Virus record (IMG/VR): IMGVR_UViG_3300009506_000013
Span: 17,033-81,032 of that record
DNA: 64,000 nt
Origin: a virus
Direction: 5' to 3' (one strand)
Shown one piece after another: positions 8,410-16,423 of this stretch (positions are counted from its first letter, which is position 1; the number at the start of each line of letters is the position of its first letter). Below the pieces are notes generated by a model. That model saw only the letters and a program-made list of their open reading frames with translations. It had not been told where the DNA came from and made no database searches. Made by a program: the position numbers and the translations under genes.

Positions 8410-8931
8410 GATGATAGGCTTCACTCTATTCGCCCACACCGTGATAAGATCCTTGGGTGCACGGCCAGTGATACGGGCCAGATGACCACCAAAGGCCAGG
8501 TCCAACATTTTCTTCGGGTTGAGTACAGTTACCTTCCCGGTGGTCTTATTAATCCGAACCACCTGGGACTTTGACCACATCCCATTACTCAGGACTTCAA
8601 CCATCTGCCCAACCCGCAACCTCTCTATATAGCCAAAGTTTTTAAGGTATTCAGCAGCCTTCTCTTTGTGCTCTTCGCGGTGAGCTTGGCGCTCCTCCTT
8701 GAATTCATTTCCTGCCGCATACAGCACTTTTCTCTGCTTCGGCGTCAACTTCGCGGGTTTCAACATATGCTCTGGAACAGTGTACATTCCTTCCTCTTCC
8801 GATTTTACTTCAAAACGATAGACAACAGGCTGATATCGCTTACTGACTTTCCGCATCCCCATAACTACTCCAACAACCGTCTTGTGTTTGCGGGAAGATG
8901 TAAACTGAACTGCGTCACCGATATTAAACAT
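8407..8931 (-). CDS. hypothetical early protein (SH3/KOW-like beta domains)
   Basis: FNIGDAVQF and LRVGQMVEV motifs; SD AAAGGAG. Confidence 0.65.
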   Translation of the reverse strand: MFNIGDAVQFTSSRKHKTVVGVVMGMRKVSKRYQPVVYRFEVKSEEEGMYTVPEHMLKPAKLTPKQRKVLYAAGNEFKEERQAHREEHKEKAAEYLKNFGYIERLRVGQMVEVLSNGMWSKSQVVRINKTTGKVTVLNPKKMLDLAFGGHLARITGRAPKDLITVWANRVKPII

Positions 8932-8944
8932 GGTATTTCTCCTT

Positions 8945-9020
8945 TCTGGACTTGCGACCAGTAGACTCCACCATGGAGTCTAGCGCATTAAGGCCGGATC
9001 GCTCCGGCCCCGCTCTGCTA
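8945..9020 (-). ncRNA. twister ribozyme copy 7
   Basis: Full consensus; T1 variant UCGC/GCGG. Confidence 0.85.
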
Positions 9021-9302
9021 GTCTTCTTTACACTCAGGATAATCAACCGCTTTAAATACAGGGAACGTCCGCTGAGTCACGGCATTCTGGACTTCCTTTA
9101 AAACACTAAACAGAGCCTCAAGCTCTTGCTCCTGTTCCTTACCACGAACACGGATTTCACAGTTAAAACAAGCCTCACCGTTGCTTCCTGATACTTGAAG
9201 CTCCCCGCGATAGCCATACACCAGACTTAACAGGCCCTTCACATGTTCCACAATTTGGGCATCTGTCGCTTCTGTTACCGTCTCAACCGAATAGTCTTTC
9301 AT
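9018..9302 (-). CDS. hypothetical early protein
   Basis: SD AAAGGAG; bounded by ribozymes. Confidence 0.7.
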   Translation of the reverse strand: MKDYSVETVTEATDAQIVEHVKGLLSLVYGYRGELQVSGSNGEACFNCEIRVRGKEQEQELEALFSVLKEVQNAVTQRTFPVFKAVDYPECKED

Positions 9303-9319
9303 TTCTTATCTCCTTTTAT

Positions 9320-9393
9320 TCTGGACTTGTGACCAGTGGCTCCCCCATGGAGCCAGCGCATTAAGGCCGGATCGCTCCGGCCCCACTCTGCTA
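9320..9393 (-). ncRNA. twister ribozyme copy 8
   Basis: Full consensus; identical to copy 14. Confidence 0.85.
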
Positions 9394-9600
9394 AGATGCC
9401 CGCTGAAGGATTATCTCTCTTGCCTCTATAGCGCGGACATTGGTTATCTCGTTTTGTAGCTCTAAAAGATACGTTTGCTCAACTCCTGAAGCCTCCGCAT
9501 AGTTCATCAGGCCTTGGATATAGGCTTCGTAAACACGGACCATCCGTTTCAGAGTCTTCTCTTCCTCTACCACTATTCTCTTCACGTTGTTATTAGCCAT
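9391..9600 (-). CDS. hypothetical early protein
   Basis: SD AGGAG; bounded by ribozymes. Confidence 0.7.
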   Translation of the reverse strand: MANNNVKRIVVEEEKTLKRMVRVYEAYIQGLMNYAEASGVEQTYLLELQNEITNVRAIEAREIILQRAS

Positions 9601-9611
9601 TTCTTTTCTCC

Positions 9612-9690
9612 TCTGGACTTGTGACCAGTACCAGGGACAATCCCCGGTAGCGCATTAAGCTGGAGTCTTAAGACTCCAGCCCACTCTGCT
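9612..9690 (-). ncRNA. twister ribozyme copy 9 (P1 replaced; overlaps the end of the SprT gene)
   Basis: P1 = GCUGGAGUCUUAAGACUCCAGC, a different sequence with perfect pairing; core intact. Confidence 0.85.
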
Positions 9691-10117
9691 GTAGCGTCCA
9701 GATAGCAACTAAATCAGCCATCCGGCTTGACTCTTCCATAGTCAACAGCCCATCCGCAAACATCCTTTCCCATTTGCGAAACGCAGGGCCGTGACCCTCG
9801 TCAGCGCCATCCTTATACTTGCCCAGCCGAACGGGTTGGGCACTGTTGCAAATAAACCCGTGGACCAGCTCGTGCCACAGGATGCTTCGGACCTCTTTCA
9901 AATACCGCCCATATTTGAGCGGCTTTTCAAAGAACTTATTCAGGGCGATTGTCCGGGCCGCAACGTCATACTGACCGAAGACCACGCCCGGCAACCCGGC
10001 CTGATTAACTGTTATTGGGAACTGCTGGAAGGATACTTTCACCACACAGCCGGAGCCATTCAAGTATCCTTCATCCATCTCCTTCACCAACTGGAAAAGC
10101 AAAGATTCTATTTGCAT
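9668..10117 (-). CDS. SprT-like zinc metalloprotease
   Basis: ILWHELVH (HExxH) and GHGPAFR motifs. Confidence 0.75.
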   Translation of the reverse strand: MQIESLLFQLVKEMDEGYLNGSGCVVKVSFQQFPITVNQAGLPGVVFGQYDVAARTIALNKFFEKPLKYGRYLKEVRSILWHELVHGFICNSAQPVRLGKYKDGADEGHGPAFRKWERMFADGLLTMEESSRMADLVAIWTLQQSGLES

Positions 10118-10770
10118 CGCGCATACCCTGCCTTCCCGCCGATTTTAACCTTGCGGATAATTCCAAGTCTCACAAGGTGCCCAGCGACCATCTTCAAACG
10201 GCCAGCTGGATTCGAGCTTTTAATGTTGGGAATGAGTTCAGCAATAGCGTCATCCAGTGTAATAGAAGGATATTTGACCAGTAATTCCGCGCAAAACCTT
10301 ATAGAGGTATTTGGCAACCAGGCCGGAAGACCATCCGGACCAATCGGAGGTATTGCGGAAGTCCCACCACCCGTCTTGGCCTTCTTTGCTTTCGCCGTTG
10401 ACGTTGTAGTAGTCTGTTTGTTTTCGAGCTTATCAATATAAGATTGGATCTGCGGCGGATTCAGCGCCACCGCAAACCGTTCCATATACTTCAAAGCCAT
10501 CCGCAAACTTGTTTCCTTCTCTTCCGGAAACTGTGTGCCCAAGGCGCGGGCACGGCATTTACCTGCGATGTTCCAGATTTTAACAGCATCATCGGGCAGG
10601 TACTTCACACCGGGATTCTGTCGCTGTAATCTCTGAAGACTCCCACAAATCGGGTCCATCACGGATATCGCCTGGATTAATAGGCTTGTCCGAAGACTTA
10701 AGTCATCGTGGGCACGGGAAAATGCCGCGTAAATCTTTTCAATCATTTTCCTTGGATTTGCTTTCGCCAT
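10108..10770 (-). CDS. hypothetical early protein (possible C-terminal winged helix)
   Basis: 220-aa ORF with SD AGGAG after ribozyme copy 10. Confidence 0.65.
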   Translation of the reverse strand: MAKANPRKMIEKIYAAFSRAHDDLSLRTSLLIQAISVMDPICGSLQRLQRQNPGVKYLPDDAVKIWNIAGKCRARALGTQFPEEKETSLRMALKYMERFAVALNPPQIQSYIDKLENKQTTTTSTAKAKKAKTGGGTSAIPPIGPDGLPAWLPNTSIRFCAELLVKYPSITLDDAIAELIPNIKSSNPAGRLKMVAGHLVRLGIIRKVKIGGKAGYARCK

Positions 10771-10781
10771 TTCTTTTCTCC

Positions 10782-10858
10782 TCTGGACTTGTGACCAGTG
10801 GCCGGGACAACCCCGACCAGCGCATTAAGGCCGGATCGCTCCGGCCCCACTCTGCTTA
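10782..10858 (-). ncRNA. twister ribozyme copy 10
   Basis: Full consensus. Confidence 0.85.
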
Positions 10859-11575
10859 TTCGCTCCCCGTCCCCAACAGCGGACGGTTCGCAACCGCAAG
10901 AAATTTCGCCTCAAACTCAGCCTCACTCGTGATCTCCTCATGAACTCCCCCGGTGATTGCGCTCAGGGTTTTGAGGTTATCACTACCATTTCGGCCATAC
11001 CAGCTGTCTTCGCGGCCAATAAAAATGGTGTCAATAATAACGCCAGCCGTTTTGGCTTGTTCGGCGGCATCGAGGGCAACATCATAGTCATGCATATCGC
11101 CATCCGATGTAAGGATAATTCTGGGCGTATAATCTTTGTTCTTCTTCAGAAGAGTCAACGCCGCACGGATACCCTTTCCAGCATAAGTCCCGTTTCCATT
11201 CGCATACAGCGCACGAACAGCATCCTTGATCTCATCCAGGTTCGATGAGCCTCTCAGAGGTATTCGAGTGTTTTTCCCGAACTCAACAACGCCAATCTTC
11301 ATGGACAGGGCCTTTTCGCCAATCCGTTCATTCGCATACTTCTCAACAACCTTCTTTTGAAGGTCAACCTTCCGTGAACCGCTGTAGCGGTCTTCGCCCA
11401 TCCCATCATTCATCGAATAGGAAGCATCCAACACGAAACAGAGATATTGGAAATTATCAAAGAAGTCATTCAGATCCATACTACCAGCACTCAGGATCAA
11501 ATCCTCTTCTTTTTTCGTCATGGAAGTTGCGGTTGTTACGATAGAAGTGTTTTTGGAAGTTTTGTTATCAGACAT
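10856..11575 (-). CDS. von Willebrand factor A (vWA) domain protein
   Basis: MIDAS motif VLDASYSM plus GT and LTSDG; true start is ATG 11575 with SD AAGGAG. Confidence 0.85.
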   Translation of the reverse strand: MSDNKTSKNTSIVTTATSMTKKEEDLILSAGSMDLNDFFDNFQYLCFVLDASYSMNDGMGEDRYSGSRKVDLQKKVVEKYANERIGEKALSMKIGVVEFGKNTRIPLRGSSNLDEIKDAVRALYANGNGTYAGKGIRAALTLLKKNKDYTPRIILTSDGDMHDYDVALDAAEQAKTAGVIIDTIFIGREDSWYGRNGSDNLKTLSAITGGVHEEITSEAEFEAKFLAVANRPLLGTGSE

Positions 11576-11594
11576 GGTATTTCTCCTTTTTAAA

Positions 11595-11672
11595 AACTGG
11601 ACTTGTGACCAGTTAGATTCCACCATGGAATCTAGCGCATTAAGGCCGGATCGCTCCGGCCCCACTCTGCTA
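11595..11672 (-). ncRNA. twister ribozyme copy 11
   Basis: Full consensus; P4 extended to AACUGG/CCAGUU. Confidence 0.85.
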
Positions 11673-11861
11673 ATTTTCTATCCAAGCAACGCTTTTCGCA
11701 TTCAATAGTTCCAGTCTCACCTCTTCCAGCATTTGGATATCGGCCTCGTGTTTCCTCTTGCTTCGAGCTGAGAAAGAAAGTTTGTCAATCCGGTCTTGGA
11801 TAGCGTCAACCACCGCCAACTGCTGGCGGATACTCAGAAAGTGTACCATTAAGTCTTTCAT
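11670..11861 (-). CDS. hypothetical early protein
   Basis: SD AGGAG; bounded by ribozymes. Confidence 0.65.
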   Translation of the reverse strand: MKDLMVHFLSIRQQLAVVDAIQDRIDKLSFSARSKRKHEADIQMLEEVRLELLNAKSVAWIEN

Positions 11862-11872
11862 TTTTTATCTCC

Positions 11873-11949
11873 TCTGGACTTGTGACCAGTGGCCGGGACA
11901 ACCCCAGCCAGCGCATTAAGGCCGGATCGCTCCGGCCCCACTCTGCTTA
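11873..11949 (-). ncRNA. twister ribozyme copy 12
   Basis: Full consensus. Confidence 0.85.
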
Positions 11950-12246
11950 AGGCTCATAAAATCTAACATCGAAATCATTACAAGCCCTCATGAAATCCAG
12001 TATCGTCATCGTGTCAGATAACCGGCGCAGGAAGGCATAACCGTTCATTCCTTCCACCGTAGAATACTGGTCAAGATCATTCTCGTAGATATGGACGCCA
12101 TTGGCGTCAACCACGATCCCATAAGCCTTCTCAACATCTTGCGAGATTAGAACCAACCCGACCAACGGATCAGAACCATCACCAAAACTCTCAGCACTCG
12201 AAAAGGCATCCCAATCTTGCTTATCAAACTTTCTAAGATTAATCAT
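11947..12246 (-). CDS. hypothetical early protein
   Basis: SD AGGAG; bounded by ribozymes. Confidence 0.7.
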   Translation of the reverse strand: MINLRKFDKQDWDAFSSAESFGDGSDPLVGLVLISQDVEKAYGIVVDANGVHIYENDLDQYSTVEGMNGYAFLRRLSDTMTILDFMRACNDFDVRFYEP

Positions 12247-12257
12247 TTTGTTTCTCC

Positions 12258-12333
12258 TCTGGACTTGTGACCAGTAGCCTCCACCATAGAGGCTAGCGCA
12301 TTAAGGCCGGATCGCTCCGGCCCCACTCTGCTA
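12258..12333 (-). ncRNA. twister ribozyme copy 13
   Basis: Full consensus. Confidence 0.85.
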
Positions 12334-12582
12334 GTCTTCCAACTCATCCAACCCATCGAGGCAAGCCTCAACTTCATACAACCGCTGAGCCTCTTTCGCG
12401 GATATCTTCACGGAGGAAACAACCAGCCAGTTGTTATCGTCCAAGACATCCCCAACCTGTGTAACCACGGGGCAATTCTTTCCATCGAACACTTTCTTCA
12501 TGGCGGCATTTAACTCATCCACCGGAATTTGATCTGCCCAATCCCAAAATATTAACTCAGTCTTTACTGTGTTCTTTTTCAT
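12331..12582 (-). CDS. hypothetical early protein
   Basis: True start is ATG 12582 (MKKNTVK) with SD AGGAG. Confidence 0.7.
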   Translation of the reverse strand: MKKNTVKTELIFWDWADQIPVDELNAAMKKVFDGKNCPVVTQVGDVLDDNNWLVVSSVKISAKEAQRLYEVEACLDGLDELED

Positions 12583-12594
12583 TTTCTTTTCTCC

Positions 12595-12668
12595 TCTGGA
12601 CTTGTGACCAGTGGCTCCCCCATGGAGCCAGCGCATTAAGGCCGGATCGCTCCGGCCCCACTCTGCTA
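12595..12668 (-). ncRNA. twister ribozyme copy 14
   Basis: Full consensus. Confidence 0.85.
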
Positions 12669-12899
12669 ACCGTTCCAAACCTCAACGCCAGTAACCGTCA
12701 CTTTCATATTAATTCCGGCATCGGCCACGAACTTTTTGACCAGTTCCTTCGCAACATCCTTGTTTCGAGCCTCCACAAGGATCTCATCCAGCGTATCCAC
12801 GCAACCGCCAAGAATATAGGTACAACGGTATTTTTTCGGCGTGACCTTATGGTGTGGTTGCCGACGCATCGAAGTCCCCCATCCATTGTTTCTTCCCAT
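12666..12899 (-). CDS. hypothetical early protein
   Basis: True start is ATG 12899 (MGRNNGW) with SD AGGAG. Confidence 0.65.
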   Translation of the reverse strand: MGRNNGWGTSMRRQPHHKVTPKKYRCTYILGGCVDTLDEILVEARNKDVAKELVKKFVADAGINMKVTVTGVEVWNG

Positions 12900-12914
12900 T
12901 TTCTTATCTCCTAT

Positions 12915-12990
12915 TCTGGACTTGTGACCAGTGGCCGGGACAACCCCAGCCAGCGCATTAAGGCCGGATCGCTCCGGCCCCACTCTGCTA
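12915..12990 (-). ncRNA. twister ribozyme copy 15
   Basis: Full consensus; predicted U^A cleavage between 12960 and 12959. Confidence 0.85.
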
Positions 12991-13191
12991 GTAACAATCT
13001 ATTCCTTTCACCACGCATCCGGTGTTCAGGCCCTTTACCTCTTCAACCAGCGCCTCCCAGTACTTTCTAGCTGGCGCCTCTCTTTTATATTTACGGTTCC
13101 AACTCTCAAACGCGGGCCTGCGATTAAGAGTACAAAAAATCTCAAAGCCATCTTTGGTTTCGAAAAACGAAATTCTAATTGTATCGCTCAT
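12988..13191 (-). CDS. hypothetical early protein (first gene of the operon)
   Basis: True start is ATG 13191 (MSDTIRI) with SD AGGAG. Confidence 0.65.
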   Translation of the reverse strand: MSDTIRISFFETKDGFEIFCTLNRRPAFESWNRKYKREAPARKYWEALVEEVKGLNTGCVVKGIDCY

Positions 13192-13202
13192 GGTGTTTCT
13201 CC

Positions 13203-13282
13203 TCTGGACTTGTGACCAGTAGCCCAACCGCTGGGCTAGCGCATTAAACGGATGGCAATGCACTTACCATCCGCCACTCTGC
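13203..13282 (-). ncRNA. twister ribozyme copy 16 (5'-most)
   Basis: P1 = GCGGAUGGUAA-GUGCA-UUGCCAUCCGU, a third unrelated P1 sequence; core intact. Confidence 0.85.
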
Positions 13283-13815
13283 AAATTTTGGAGAATTTTC
13301 CGATCTCTTTTAGCAAAATACCGTATCGGTCACCCGCGACAATCGAATCACACTCGATTACTGAGCCACCCCGCTCAATTGGGACTTGCGATATTTCACC
13401 GTCTGTTTCACCGGGTGTCTTATCCACCCTGCCCACAACCTACTTTGTTCAGCTCTGGGTCCGCCTCACCTCCTCCGGATTTTAGCGGTAGCACCTTGGG
13501 CTCCCCGTTTTTCGGATCTTTGCCATCAGGTCTGGCCTTTTGTTTTTTCTCCGGTGGCCTTCGATTTTCATCAACCGGATTTTCCGCTGGCTCCTTCGGT
13601 TCCGCCTTCGGTCGGCTTCTTTAATTCCGCTCCCCCTGACCTTGGGCTTTCCCTTCCGCCTTTCTTTTTCGCCCTTCCGGTTTCCCCCAGTCATGCCGAT
13701 GTCGGCCTCAGTTGGGTTCCACGTTTATAGGGTGTACCGCTTTTCGCTTCCCCGCCCCCCCTTTCTTCTTTCTACTCTATTTAACTTTATCATCTTACCT
13801 TATCCTTTCTTACTG
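13283..13815 (-). ncRNA. putative long non-coding leader RNA
   Basis: ~530 nt between the promoter and the first ribozyme with no convincing ORF/SD; purine-rich, with many short GC hairpins and GGA motifs. Confidence 0.4.
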
Positions 13816-13821
13816 TACTTA

Positions 13822-13882
13822 AATATAATGGAAAATGAAGGGATAGTCTACATTTTTTTTAACTTTTTTTGATTTTTTTTTT
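13822..13882 (-). promoter_or_regulatory. sigma70-type early promoter with A-tract UP element
   Basis: -35 TAGACT (13850-13845), 17-bp spacer, -10 TATATT (13827-13822), three A-tracts upstream (13853-13882). Confidence 0.7.
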
Positions 13883-13941
13883 AAGTGGAGGAAAATCAAT
13901 CATTTATGAGGACGATTTTTTTGTTTTTTCCGGCATTTAGG

Positions 13942-14196
13942 CTATTTTTTACCCCCATCAACTGCTAATTTCCTATGCTTTTTTGATGGTCTTCCCCGGT
14001 GTAAATTCCGGGCTTTTAGGGCCAGCACCTGCCGCATATCGTACAGCCGAATATGGCCATCATCGAACACAGGCACCAAATACCCCTTTAAAACATGGCT
14101 ATCGATGGCGCTTGCTGAACAGCCGTATATCTCTGCCGCAGTCTTCCGGCTCACCAGCCGATTAATATCAAACATCCTTCTCTTGAATCTCCTCAC
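13942..14196 (-). CDS. small helix-turn-helix DNA-binding protein (MerR/Xis-like)
   Basis: SRKTAAEIYGCSASAIDSHVLKG...RLYD pattern. Confidence 0.6.
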   Translation of the reverse strand: MRRFKRRMFDINRLVSRKTAAEIYGCSASAIDSHVLKGYLVPVFDDGHIRLYDMRQVLALKARNLHRGRPSKKHRKLAVDGGKK

Positions 14197-15065
14197 CTCA
14201 AAGCCTCCAAAATCTCCCGCTCATCCGTTTCAGCTGGATCCTTCCCCGATACCTGAACAATCCTGATCGGCCTTCGATGAAAGGATAACAGCTGTCTCAT
14301 TTTTAACGCATCCAATTCCGCTTCCCGGTCCAGCATCACCACGAACCGGTCAAAGCCGGATACCAACGCCAATTTCTCGTGGCTGAGAACCTTCCCGCCG
14401 ATAGCGACAGCCGCCCAATCAGCAAACATTCTATCATGCGCCAACGCACGATCAACCGCCAACTTATCGGCCCAACCTTCTACAAGCACCAAGGTGGAGG
14501 CGATGCCTGCCGCCTGGTCATAACCAAACAGCGCCTCAGCTGCCTTCGCTCCTACAGGGTGAAGAACCTTCCGCTCAGCTCTTCCTGTCCAATCCCGCGC
14601 AACGAAGCTCACCAACTCCCCGTCCAGCGTAATGGGTATTATCACCCTGTTTCTATATCTCCCAGTCGGACAAAATCCTATGGAATATTTTTGAATCTGG
14701 CCTACTGTGATCCTCCGGCCCAGCAGGTAGCGCATGGCTATCCCGGCAATAATACCGCGCCGGGGGAGTGCGAAATATTCCGAAGGCAAGCAAACATCCT
14801 TCTCTTTCTCCGGCTTCCACATTCCTCCCGGCAACTCGCCGGAAAGCATCCGCGCCTCACGGTAGCTGATACGATTTAGCTTTACAAACAGCCCTGCTAA
14901 CCGGCCCCGCTTCCCGCAACCGTGGCAGATGTAAACTTTCTTCCGTACATTAACGCAACAAGACGGTGTGCGCTCGTTGTGCCACGGGCAGAGTATGGTC
15001 CATTCTCCTCCTCCACTATGGCGTGCGTTTGGCTGTCCTGCGATAATCCGCTCTGCTTGATTCAT
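14193..15065 (-). CDS. DnaG-type DNA primase
   Basis: CHC2 zinc finger CPWHNERTPS...CHGC; TOPRIM motifs VEGWAD and MLD. Confidence 0.85.
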   Translation of the reverse strand: MNQAERIIAGQPNARHSGGGEWTILCPWHNERTPSCCVNVRKKVYICHGCGKRGRLAGLFVKLNRISYREARMLSGELPGGMWKPEKEKDVCLPSEYFALPRRGIIAGIAMRYLLGRRITVGQIQKYSIGFCPTGRYRNRVIIPITLDGELVSFVARDWTGRAERKVLHPVGAKAAEALFGYDQAAGIASTLVLVEGWADKLAVDRALAHDRMFADWAAVAIGGKVLSHEKLALVSGFDRFVVMLDREAELDALKMRQLLSFHRRPIRIVQVSGKDPAETDEREILEALR

Positions 15066-16423
15066 GGCTGTGCCTGATTCTGGGCGTAGGCCACCCCATC
15101 ACTTAATCGCATCTCATGGAGACAGAATTGCATCCGCGAAAAATCCTGCTTCAGTAAGATGTCTCCAACCTTCTGGCCAGCCGGTCCATGCCAATAACCA
15201 TCTACATATAACCGCATTTCGTTGTTGTCATACTCCTCTGGCGTTTGGTTTAATGTAAGAATCAAGGAGGAGTGCTGGGCTGGCATCGAGCTTTCCTGTC
15301 CATCCTCCATATAGATCCGGAATTGTTTCCGCCTTTTTAATGGTGTCTGCTGGGCGGTAATGAGCACAACATTCTCCCGTTGGGCCACGGCACGGGCGGT
15401 TGTGAATATCTCATCCCGCGAAGCTCTCATCCAAGCATCCCCGCCCCGCACTGAACTCTTCATCAGCTCCCCATAATCAACAATCACCACATCTATCCGC
15501 ACCCCATCGCGGGCCAGCTGCTGGATATCGTTTTGAAGATCCTGGGGAGAGTAGGTCCGCGCCATCCGCCATAGGATATACAGCTTGGATTTGAACAGCT
15601 CTTTTAGATAACCAATTTGGTTTCCTAATTTGTCCATGAACGGCGTCAGCTCATCCTTTTCCATATTCGAGAACATGGAGTCATAGCGATCCTCTACCAT
15701 CGCCCTCGAATTTTCCAGGCTGACATGGAGCACGTTGTGCCCTTGTAGAATTGCGCACTTGCCGGCGTGTTGTAAAAAGATGGACTTGCCCCGCTTGCTT
15801 GGCGCTATACAAAGACAGATCTCATCCCGGTGCGCAAATATTCCGTACTTCTCCAGCGTAGGAACCATGAAACGGACTCCATCCTTTGACTTCGATTCCA
15901 GAATGCGCCGGAGTATGCGCTTGTTCACTGTTGTAAAATATTCTACAGGCCTCTCCAAATCATCCTTCTGGATCGCCTGTGCCCTGCTTACTGCTTCCGC
16001 CGCCGCATCTATATTCCCGGCCTCGATAGCTTCCCCCAATTCAATCTGAAGCCTCTTCAACTTCGCGAACTGAAAGAACCTTTCGAGCTTTTGGGATATG
16101 TAGTATGCGTTGGTTGGTTCTTGAACAAGCTCAGCGCCTTTTCCTTTTAGAAGCTTGACGCGTGACTCATTCATCCGCTCATCTTCGGCGGCATCCTGTA
16201 TATAGGACAAGAACATGTCCTTGGCCACGAGGCCAGATTGGTCATAATAACGTCTTGCTAATTCTGCTAATGTAATGCGGAGTGTATCCCCGAATAGATC
16301 TGGGCTTAATAGTTGGCCATACTTCCTCATGAACTTAACATCAGTCAGCATCAAAGTCAGTACACCATCGACAAACCCTTCGTCAAACCCTCTAAACGTG
16401 TCGCGTGTGTACTGTGTGGCCAT
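15062..16423 (-). CDS. DnaB-like (SF4) replicative helicase
   Basis: Walker A APSKRGKS, HVSLE, Walker B VIVDY, TAQQ; adjacent to primase. Confidence 0.85.
   Translation of the reverse strand: MATQYTRDTFRGFDEGFVDGVLTLMLTDVKFMRKYGQLLSPDLFGDTLRITLAELARRYYDQSGLVAKDMFLSYIQDAAEDERMNESRVKLLKGKGAELVQEPTNAYYISQKLERFFQFAKLKRLQIELGEAIEAGNIDAAAEAVSRAQAIQKDDLERPVEYFTTVNKRILRRILESKSKDGVRFMVPTLEKYGIFAHRDEICLCIAPSKRGKSIFLQHAGKCAILQGHNVLHVSLENSRAMVEDRYDSMFSNMEKDELTPFMDKLGNQIGYLKELFKSKLYILWRMARTYSPQDLQNDIQQLARDGVRIDVVIVDYGELMKSSVRGGDAWMRASRDEIFTTARAVAQRENVVLITAQQTPLKRRKQFRIYMEDGQESSMPAQHSSLILTLNQTPEEYDNNEMRLYVDGYWHGPAGQKVGDILLKQDFSRMQFCLHEMRLSDGVAYAQNQAQP

Noticed and set aside
7400-12983. ORF-track N-termini MGPERSGLNA... 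and plus-strand MAGTTPASALRPDRSGP...
   Set aside because: These are artefacts of GTG codons inside the ribozyme repeat; the real starts are the ATGs after the SD that follows P4.
5672-13282. Repeat array as a CRISPR array
   Set aside because: The 'spacers' are whole genes of 0.2-1.2 kb, the repeats are ~75 nt with variable internal stems, and no cas genes are present.
5672-13282. Repeats as integron attC sites, or as simple promoters/terminators
   Set aside because: There are no RYYYAAC/GTTRRRY ends, no single long hairpin, no integrase in the window, no U-tract and no -10/-35 boxes. Pseudoknot covariation and GNRA loops point to an RNA fold.
13382-13391. GGACTTGCGA matching the ribozyme L4 loop
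   Set aside because: An isolated 10-mer without the P4 partner arm or other core elements.
13236-13694. Short minus-strand ORFs in the leader (66 and 70 aa)
   Set aside because: Weak or absent SD and low-complexity translation of purine-rich sequence; the most protein-like frame has no start codon. Not fully excluded.
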